NCBI GenBank assembly: GCA_963811585.1
Contig: CAWERR010000009.1
Span: 150,282-214,281 of the forward strand
Direction: 5' to 3'
DNA length: 64,000 bases
From: an uncultured Actinomycetota bacterium
GTDB taxonomy: Bacteria > Actinomycetota > Actinomycetes > Propionibacteriales > Nocardioidaceae
Shown: piece by piece, positions 57,898 to 64,000 of the stretch
Layout: each line of letters starts with the position of its first letter
Numbering within the stretch: the stretch's first letter is position 1
The notes under the pieces: generated by a model
Told to the model about the DNA's origin: nothing
Databases searched by the model: none
The model's input: the letters and a program-made list of their open reading frames with translations, nothing else
Program-made: the position numbers and the translations under genes

Positions 57898-58383
57898 ATG
57901 ACTTTTACGGTCGGCGAAACGGTGGTGTATCCCAATCACGGAGCCGCTGTCATCGAAGATATTGAAACCCGTCAGATCAAAGGTGAGGACAAGCTTTATC
58001 TCGTCCTCCGCATTGTCGCCCAGAACGATCTCGTAGTTCGCGTCCCGGCCTGCAACCTCGATCTCGTGGGTGTCCGCGACGTCGTCGATGCCGATGGCCT
58101 CGAGCGAGTCTTCGACGTTCTGCGAGCAGAGCACACCGAAGAGCCGACGAACTGGTCACGTCGTTACAAGGCCAACCTGGAGAAGCTGCACTCCGGCGAC
58201 GTCATGAAGGTCGCCGAGGTCGTGCGCGACCTGTGGCGCCGCGAGCGTGAGCGCGGCCTGTCAGCTGGAGAGAAGCGGATGCTGGCCAAGGCGCGTCAGA
58301 TCCTCGTCTCCGAGCTCGCGCTGGCTGAGCACACCAACGAAGACAAGGCCGAGACGATTCTCGACGAGGTCCTGGCTTCCTGA
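57898..58383 (+). CDS. carD: CarD-family RNA polymerase-binding transcription regulator
   Basis: [37 protein letters not shown]...[17 protein letters not shown]. Confidence 0.95.
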   Translation: MTFTVGETVVYPNHGAAVIEDIETRQIKGEDKLYLVLRIVAQNDLVVRVPACNLDLVGVRDVVDADGLERVFDVLRAEHTEEPTNWSRRYKANLEKLHSGDVMKVAEVVRDLWRRERERGLSAGEKRMLAKARQILVSELALAEHTNEDKAETILDEVLAS

Positions 58384-58392
58384 GTCAGAGCA

Positions 58393-58420
58393 GGTCCCGC
58401 CCTCGGCGGGGCCTTGTTCG
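58393..58420 (+). terminator. stem-loop with a T-rich tail immediately after carD
   Basis: ggtcccgcc-ctc-ggcggggcc, followed by ttgttcgtct. Confidence 0.5.
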
Positions 58421-58455
58421 TCTCCTGGTGCGGCCTTTTCCTCGCTGGAGTTCGT

Positions 58456-59088
58456 ATGTCGTCGGTGCTCGGCCTCGTTCCTGTCATCGGCCGCGAGCCG
58501 TTGGTGCACCGTCTCTGCCCCTCCGCGCCCCTCTACGCCCAGGCGGTGGCGGCAGTCGCTGCCTTGGGTCACCCCACCGTGGTGACTGGAAACGTCCCGC
58601 TGCCGCCGGGGCCCTGGTCGCAGTCCCCTGACCACGACGTCGTGGAGCTGCCCGAGGGTGACAGCACGCTCCGGTCGGCGGCAGCCACAGCGGACTGCAT
58701 CGTCATCCATGACCCGCTGTGCCCACTGGTCACTTCAGACTTCATCCGTCGGGTGGTGGCGGCAGCCGCGGGCGCTCCCGCAATCTCTGTGCGCCCGGTC
58801 ATCGACACGGTGAAGGGCACGTCGAGTGGGGTCGTCACAGGCACGGTTGACCGCGAGACCTTGCGGATCGTCACCTCACCCGTCGTGCTCGACCCGGCGT
58901 CCTTCGCGGCGATCCCCGACCTCAGCGTCGCGCTGCGCGACCTCGGCGCGCTCACCCACTGGCTGCGAGAGCGAGCGGGCGTCACCTTGGTGATGGCCCC
59001 GTCTGCGGGCAGGCGGATCGAGGACGACTCCGCACTCGAGCTGATGACGTCGATGGGCGCGGTGGGACACCAGATCAGCGAACCCTGA
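58456..59088 (+). CDS. degenerate IspD-like (MEP cytidylyltransferase fold) protein in the canonical post-carD position
   Basis: It keeps IspD-like CIVIHDPLCPLV and AISVRPVIDTVKGTSSGVVTGTVDRETLRIV. It lacks the AAGxGxR P-loop (VPVIGREPL) and QTPQ (TSPV). An alternative start at 58414 lies inside the carD terminator. Confidence 0.55.
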   Translation: MSSVLGLVPVIGREPLVHRLCPSAPLYAQAVAAVAALGHPTVVTGNVPLPPGPWSQSPDHDVVELPEGDSTLRSAAATADCIVIHDPLCPLVTSDFIRRVVAAAAGAPAISVRPVIDTVKGTSSGVVTGTVDRETLRIVTSPVVLDPASFAAIPDLSVALRDLGALTHWLRERAGVTLVMAPSAGRRIEDDSALELMTSMGAVGHQISEP

Positions 59089-59108
59089 CGGCAGCGTTGC
59101 CGTCAGGG
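59083..59108. terminator. perfect 11-bp palindrome containing the stop codons of both convergent IspD-like genes
   Basis: ccctgacggca-gcgt-tgccgtcaggg. TGA of the plus gene is at 59086-59088, and TCA (the TGA of the minus gene) is at 59103-59105. Confidence 0.6.
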
Positions 59109-59840
59109 GTCGGTCGTCAAGTCGCGGCGTGCCTCAGCGAGCAGGTGTTCGGCGAGCAGCAGGTCCTCGGGAAACGTGATCTTGATGTTCCGGGCGGGTC
59201 CGTCGACGCAGCGCACGGCCAGATCCGTGTAGCGCTGGACGCAGCTCGCCGTGTCAGTCCCCGAAAAACCGTCGCGCTCGGCCTGCTCGTAGGCGGCGAG
59301 CAACGGCGCAGCCCGGAACGCCTGGGGTGTCTGGACCACGACCAGGTCCTTGTCGACCACGCCGTTGCCGGGCTCGGTGAAGATGAGCGCCGGCTGCGGC
59401 CGGACAGGGATGGCTCCACCGTGCCGGTGCGCCTTGTCGACCACCGTGGCGAACAGCTTGGTGCCGGCCAGCGGTCGTGCGGCATCGTGGATGACGACGA
59501 CGTCGATTTCTCCACCGTCGATCCGGCTCGCCAGCGCCCGCAACGCATGCAGTTCCGACTCGTGGCGGGCCTTGCCGCCGACGATGACTCCCACGTCGAG
59601 ATCGCCAACCTCGTCGGCGAGGGCACGCTCGGCCAACTGCCTGTCCTGCTCGGCCGTGACAAGCAGTCGGTACGTGATAGCGGGCACCGGGCCGGCCCAG
59701 CGAAACGACCAAGAGAACACAGGGTGCCCGCCCAGCGGAAGAAACACCTTGCTGATCTGGTCCCCCATTCGTGAACTCGAGCCTGCCGCAAGCAGCACCA
59801 GCGCTGCCCGGGGCTGGCGGGAGTCAGTTTCGGGGGGCAC
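59103..59840 (-). CDS. ispD: 2-C-methyl-D-erythritol 4-phosphate cytidylyltransferase (IspD family)
   Basis: LVLLAAGSSSRMG..KVFLPLGG, VVVIHDAARPLA, VQTPQAFR, GTDTASCV, NIKITFPEDL. It lies downstream of ispF on the same strand. The usual PV.DT.K segment is not evident. Confidence 0.75.
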   Translation of the reverse strand: MPPETDSRQPRAALVLLAAGSSSRMGDQISKVFLPLGGHPVFSWSFRWAGPVPAITYRLLVTAEQDRQLAERALADEVGDLDVGVIVGGKARHESELHALRALASRIDGGEIDVVVIHDAARPLAGTKLFATVVDKAHRHGGAIPVRPQPALIFTEPGNGVVDKDLVVVQTPQAFRAAPLLAAYEQAERDGFSGTDTASCVQRYTDLAVRCVDGPARNIKITFPEDLLLAEHLLAEARRDLTTDP

Positions 59841-59854
59841 CCGCAGAGCCTAAT

Positions 59855-60337
59855 TCAGGCATAGACGAGGGCGGTCGCGATCGCCGCCAGGCCCTCTTCG
59901 CGCCCGGTGAGCCCGAGGCCGTCAGTCGTGGTGGCCGTGACCGTGACGCTCGCGCCACATGCCGCCGAGAGCACCTGCTCCGACTCGGCCCGCCGCGGGC
60001 CGAGTCGAGGCGTCGACCCGATCAGCTGCACGGCAACATTGCCGATCGTGACGCCGGCTTCGCCCAGCCGCCGGGCGGTCTCCGCAAGCAGGGCAACTCC
60101 GCTCGCCCCCTCCCACCGAGGGTCGGACGTCCCGAACTCGCTGCCGAGGTCGCCCATGCCTGCGGCCGAGAGCAGCGCATCGCACGCCGCGTGGGCGACG
60201 ACGTCGCCGTCGGAGTGGCCCTCCAGCCCGGCACTGGCGCCGGGCCACTCGAGTCCGGCAACCCAGAGCGGTCGCCCCGCACGTAGCGGGTGTACGTCGC
60301 AGGCGATGCCAACCCGGGGCAATGGTCCATCGGTCAC
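59855..60337 (-). CDS. ispF: 2-C-methyl-D-erythritol 2,4-cyclodiphosphate synthase
   Basis: [10 protein letters not shown]...[29 protein letters not shown]. Confidence 0.9.
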   Translation of the reverse strand: MTDGPLPRVGIACDVHPLRAGRPLWVAGLEWPGASAGLEGHSDGDVVAHAACDALLSAAGMGDLGSEFGTSDPRWEGASGVALLAETARRLGEAGVTIGNVAVQLIGSTPRLGPRRAESEQVLSAACGASVTVTATTTDGLGLTGREEGLAAIATALVYA

Positions 60338-60437
60338 GCACCGATCATGTCAGCCCAGGCCGAACCGTCGGGTGACGAATAGGTGACATCGAGCCTCGAT
60401 CCCTGGCATCTGCGGCTGTGTGAGGCACCATCGAGGT

Positions 60438-61988
60438 ATGACGACTACCCGCCGGCTTGGTGCGCTGCTCGGCGTGGTGTCTGCGTTGGCTGGCCTGGCG
60501 GTAGCCGAGCTGCTCAGCGGATACCTGCACCAACGGGTCTCGCCAGTGATCGCAGTGGCGGAGAGCATCATCGCGCTGACACCGGGCGCGATGATCGAGT
60601 TCGTCATCTCCCTGGTCGGCCAGAACGACAAGCCGTTGCTCATCGGGGTAACGCTGGTCGGGCTGCTCCTGGTGTCTGCAGGTGTCGGCATCCTCGCGTT
60701 CTGGTCGATCCCGGCTGCGGTCGGCGCGTTCGTGGTGATGGGTTTGGTGGCGGCGCTCGCCGTCGCAGACCGGCTCGTGTCGTCGTCAACGACGTACGTC
60801 CCTGTCGTCATCGGGACCGTCGTTTCCGTGGCCACGCTCGTACTCCTCGCGCCGCGGGCAATCGCCTCCCGCCCGCCGCCGCAGGCGTCAGCCCAAACGG
60901 GTGAAGAGCCCAGCTGGCGCGAGCACGACGCCTCGCGTCGACAGTTCCTGGCCCTGTCGGGCGCGATCGCGCTCACAGCGGTGTTTGCGGGGGGCGCAGG
61001 CCGCCTGCTTGCTCGCAGCCGTGCCGCAGTCGAGGCCGCGCGGCGCAAGCTCAGGCTGCCGGTTCGAGCCGTCCCGGCACCAGCCGACGTTGAGGTCGAC
61101 GTCCGCGGAGTCGCGCCCTGGGTCACACCGCAGGCGCAGTTCTACCGCATCGACACCGCGCTGTCGGTGCCGCAGATCCTCCCCGACGACTGGGAGTTGC
61201 GGATCCACGGCATGGTCGACAATGAGCTGACCCTGTCGTACCAAGATCTGCTGGAGCGGGGACTCGAACAGGCGTGGATCACCCTGTGCTGCGTGTCCAA
61301 CGAGGTCGGCGGTGACCTGATCTCCAACGCGTCCTGGTCGGGGGTGCGGATCGCCGACGTGCTGGCCGAGGCTGGGGTGCATCAGGACGCCGATGCCGTG
61401 CTGTCGACATCGCAGGACGGCTGGACGTGCGGTACGCCGCTCGCGGTCCTCACCGATGACCGCAACGCGCTGTTCGCCGTCGCCATGAACGGCGAGCCGC
61501 TGACTCCCGAGCATGGCTTCCCGGTCCGGATGGTGGTCCCGGGGCTGTTCGGCTACGTCTCCGCCACGAAATGGGTCGTCGACCTCGAGGTCAGTCGGTT
61601 CTCCGACTTCTCGGCGTTCTGGACAGACCGGGGCTGGTCGGCAGAGGGTCCGGTCAAGACGCAGTCGCGGATCGACGTACCCAAGCCTGGCGCCGATCTT
61701 GCCGCCGGTGATGTCGTCGTCGCGGGGATCGCCTGGGCGCAGCACACGGGAGTCGCGAAGGTCGAGGTGAGTATCGACAGCGGCGAGTGGGCTGAGGCGA
61801 AGCTCGCCGCCCATCCTTCGATCGACACCTGGCGGCAGTGGTCATACGTCTGGTCGGCGACCTCAGGCGAGCACGAGATCGCGGTGCGAGCAACCGACGC
61901 GTCCGGCTACACGCAGACCGGCGAGCGCGCTGACGTCATCCCGGACGGTGCGACGGGCTGGCACACGATCAGCGTCGACATCGGCTGA
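60438..61988 (+). CDS. molybdopterin-dependent oxidoreductase (sulfite-oxidase fold) with an N-terminal polytopic membrane domain
   Basis: ATG at 60438. Several TM helices are followed by a Tat-like SRRQFLALSGAIAL, then ITLCCVSNEVGG, GFPVRMVVPGLFGYVSATKWV and a C-terminal Ig-like dimerisation domain. Confidence 0.8.
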   Translation: MTTTRRLGALLGVVSALAGLAVAELLSGYLHQRVSPVIAVAESIIALTPGAMIEFVISLVGQNDKPLLIGVTLVGLLLVSAGVGILAFWSIPAAVGAFVVMGLVAALAVADRLVSSSTTYVPVVIGTVVSVATLVLLAPRAIASRPPPQASAQTGEEPSWREHDASRRQFLALSGAIALTAVFAGGAGRLLARSRAAVEAARRKLRLPVRAVPAPADVEVDVRGVAPWVTPQAQFYRIDTALSVPQILPDDWELRIHGMVDNELTLSYQDLLERGLEQAWITLCCVSNEVGGDLISNASWSGVRIADVLAEAGVHQDADAVLSTSQDGWTCGTPLAVLTDDRNALFAVAMNGEPLTPEHGFPVRMVVPGLFGYVSATKWVVDLEVSRFSDFSAFWTDRGWSAEGPVKTQSRIDVPKPGADLAAGDVVVAGIAWAQHTGVAKVEVSIDSGEWAEAKLAAHPSIDTWRQWSYVWSATSGEHEIAVRATDASGYTQTGERADVIPDGATGWHTISVDIG

Positions 61989-62054
61989 GGGCCGGGCTCA
62001 GGCGGGATCGTTGGAGGTGCCGCAGGCCGAGGCTAGTTGGCAGACCGGACGTCG

Positions 62055-63263
62055 TCAGTCGACGTCGTCGGAGGGCGCCGTGAACGTGTTGCAGCGCTCC
62101 AGGTCATTGACTCGGAAGCCCTTGTTGATCCATTCGCGGTTGGAGGCGCCGGAGCCGTGGTCGCGCTCGTCGTCGCCCGCGCCGGGCTCGTCGCCGAAGG
62201 AGCCTGACACGCGGTCGAGCTGGCGAAGCTTCGAACTGTCGATGGGGTAGCTCTCGGCGATGGCGCCGAGGAACAAGCCGCCCAGGCAGCTTGCCTGGAG
62301 TTCCACCCGGCGGTTGAGCTCCTGTCGGCCGTCGAAGTCGTCATACACCGCGTCGTCGAACGCCGTCAGGACGCCGATCTGCTCCTGGATGTGGTGCCCG
62401 AACTCGTGGCCGATGACGATGGCGTAGGCGACGTCGTTGTCTCCGAAGAACGTGCGCATCTGCGAGACGTCTGCGTACATCACCTGGTCGCCGGGGCAGT
62501 AGAACGCCAACGTCCGGCCATCCTCCGGGGAGGCACTTCCGCACGGCGTGGTGATGGATGCGTCGAACGTCACGAGACCCGGCTCGCTGTAGGAATATCC
62601 CGCGCTCTCGATGACAGGCCGCCATTCCTCGTTGAGACAATCCATCAGCGAGTCATAGAAGCGCGTCTGCTCCTCCTTGTCGGCATCGCCAAGGTCTTGC
62701 GCTGGGCAGTCGCCGTTTGCGAGGCCGCCTTGGTCGTAGAGGGTGTTCTGCTGCAGCACGGCTACGACATTGCTCGAGTCGACGGGATCGGCGTTGGGAT
62801 TGGACGCACGCGCGGGTGAGTGGTCGACCCCGACGTCACTGCGCGCGCCGGTGAAGGTGTCGGTCACCGCGCTGACAACAATCAGTGCAAAGAAGGCCAC
62901 AGCGCTGACTCCGACCAACCCCAGCATGAGGCGTCCGCGACGACGTCGCCGCGGTGGCGGCGGAGGCACCCAGCCGCCGTAGCCCAATTGGGGCGCGTAC
63001 CCGTACTGATACTGCGGGGTCGGATGTGAGGGCGGGTACTGCGGGTAGCCGGGCTGCTGGTAGGGCATCGGACCGTAGCCAGGCCGAGGTGGTGGTGGCG
63101 GAGGGTAGCGGTACTGCTGCTGCTGTGGTGGAGGTTGCGGGGGTCCGGGCTGCGGCTGTCGGGAGCGAGATCCACTCGGCTGGGCGTAGTAGCCGGGCGG
63201 CACATACGGCGGAGGCAGGATGCGCGCGGGAGGTAGCGGCCTGGTGGGTTCGGAGTCCGACAC
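62055..63263 (-). CDS. membrane-anchored neutral zinc metallopeptidase (YpfJ-like) with a Pro/Tyr/Gln-rich N-terminus
   Basis: GTG at 63263 is preceded by AAGGAGG (the alternative GTG is at 63287). HEFGHH zinc motif. The TM helix LMLGLVGVSAVAFFALIVVSAV is followed by AFYCPGDQVMY. Confidence 0.75.
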   Translation of the reverse strand: MSDSEPTRPLPPARILPPPYVPPGYYAQPSGSRSRQPQPGPPQPPPQQQQYRYPPPPPPRPGYGPMPYQQPGYPQYPPSHPTPQYQYGYAPQLGYGGWVPPPPPRRRRRGRLMLGLVGVSAVAFFALIVVSAVTDTFTGARSDVGVDHSPARASNPNADPVDSSNVVAVLQQNTLYDQGGLANGDCPAQDLGDADKEEQTRFYDSLMDCLNEEWRPVIESAGYSYSEPGLVTFDASITTPCGSASPEDGRTLAFYCPGDQVMYADVSQMRTFFGDNDVAYAIVIGHEFGHHIQEQIGVLTAFDDAVYDDFDGRQELNRRVELQASCLGGLFLGAIAESYPIDSSKLRQLDRVSGSFGDEPGAGDDERDHGSGASNREWINKGFRVNDLERCNTFTAPSDDVD

Positions 63264-63333
63264 GCTGCCTCCTTTCCCTTGTGGCACGGGAGTTCTGCGC
63301 GGTGAGAACTGGTCGGCAGACTACCCTGGCGGG

Positions 63334-64000
63334 ATGTCACGCAAGCCCGCTCGATGCCTATGGCAACAGCGGGCACAGCCGTTTGCTTCCCTGGTTGCTC
63401 TCATTGCTGCCGCATTCCTTTTCGCGCCCGCAGCCGTGGCCTCGGTGTCGGTGCCGAGCCACCTCGCGGCCGCACAGATCCAGAGTTACTCCGCGACAGT
63501 GCGGGTGAACGTCGACGGAAGCCTGCACGTGTCGGAGGCGGTGACGTACGACTTCGAAGGCGTCGAGACCTCCAGCCTCGAGCGGACCGTCGTGACGCGG
63601 GAGCGGTACGACGCGGATGCTGACCGCGTCTACGAGCTGTCCAACGTGGTGGTTGACGCCGTACAGACCGACGTTGACGCCGACATCAGCACCGACGACA
63701 CCGTGTCCACCGTCGAGGTGGCCTTCCCGGAGCCGCAGCTCGACCAGGTGACGGTGACGTTTGACTACGACGTCTCCGGTGCGGTTGCCGAGACGGCCGA
63801 CGGGCTCGAGGTGCGGTGGCCGGTCGTGCAGGGCTTTGACGTACCTATCAACCAGGTGACAGTCCAATGGAACGCCCGCGGCGTCAACTGGCTGTCGTGC
63901 CTCGTGGGACCGAGCGGTTCGAGCCGCCCGTGCACCACCACCCAGCTCTCCGAGACCGCGGTCGCGACGATGACGCAGCTCGAGGTCGCCCCCGGCGACC
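63334..64000 (+). CDS. DUF2207-like membrane protein, partial (runs off the right edge)
   Basis: ATG at 63334. Signal/anchor FASLVALIAAAFLFAPAAVA is followed by IQSYSATVRVNVDGSLHVSEAVTYDFEG, typical of the DUF2207 N-terminus. There is no stop before 64000. Confidence 0.6.
   Translation, partial: MSRKPARCLWQQRAQPFASLVALIAAAFLFAPAAVASVSVPSHLAAAQIQSYSATVRVNVDGSLHVSEAVTYDFEGVETSSLERTVVTRERYDADADRVYELSNVVVDAVQTDVDADISTDDTVSTVEVAFPEPQLDQVTVTFDYDVSGAVAETADGLEVRWPVVQGFDVPINQVTVQWNARGVNWLSCLVGPSGSSRPCTTTQLSETAVATMTQLEVAPGD

Overview
High-GC (about 70%) actinobacterial chromosome segment. mshA/mshD, whiB7, glnR, carD, LCP genes and senX3-regX3 point to a mycothiol-producing actinomycete, possibly Nocardioides-like, but that is a guess. 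All calls come from reading the ORF translations and the DNA by eye; no searches were run. From about 20 kb onward the window is conserved core with Mycobacterium-like synteny. This includes DUF47-pit, mutT1-ppk1, mshD-glnR, a rhodanese/DUF1416 block, two LCP genes, fur-ygfZ and a cysC-tauE-cysDN sulfate-activation operon. It also includes XRE-hbhA-like-DUF2516, typA, mshA-ybjN-gpmA, phoU/senX3-regX3 and lpqE-like/carD/ispD/ispF. The first 20 kb looks more accessory. It holds a whiB7-type gene with a coupled uORF and a translationally coupled pair of giant STAND-type regulators (SARP-NTPase-WD40 followed by a MalT/LAL LuxR). It also holds two decayed genes (an MFS remnant and a CPT-like kinase remnant), tRNA-Lys and a DUF222/HNH (REP13E12-like) gene. 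The most interesting signals are these. (1) The coupled double-STAND regulator module has phased heptamer repeats in its promoter. (2) A dispersed ~20-nt repeat family (GGGTCTCGACAAGCTCGACC) forms hairpins in three intergenic regions and is inserted in frame inside the HNH motif of the DUF222 gene. (3) A degenerate IspD-like ORF in the canonical post-carD position converges on an intact ispF-ispD pair across a perfect palindrome that contains both stop codons. No CRISPR array, rRNA, integrase or transposase was seen.
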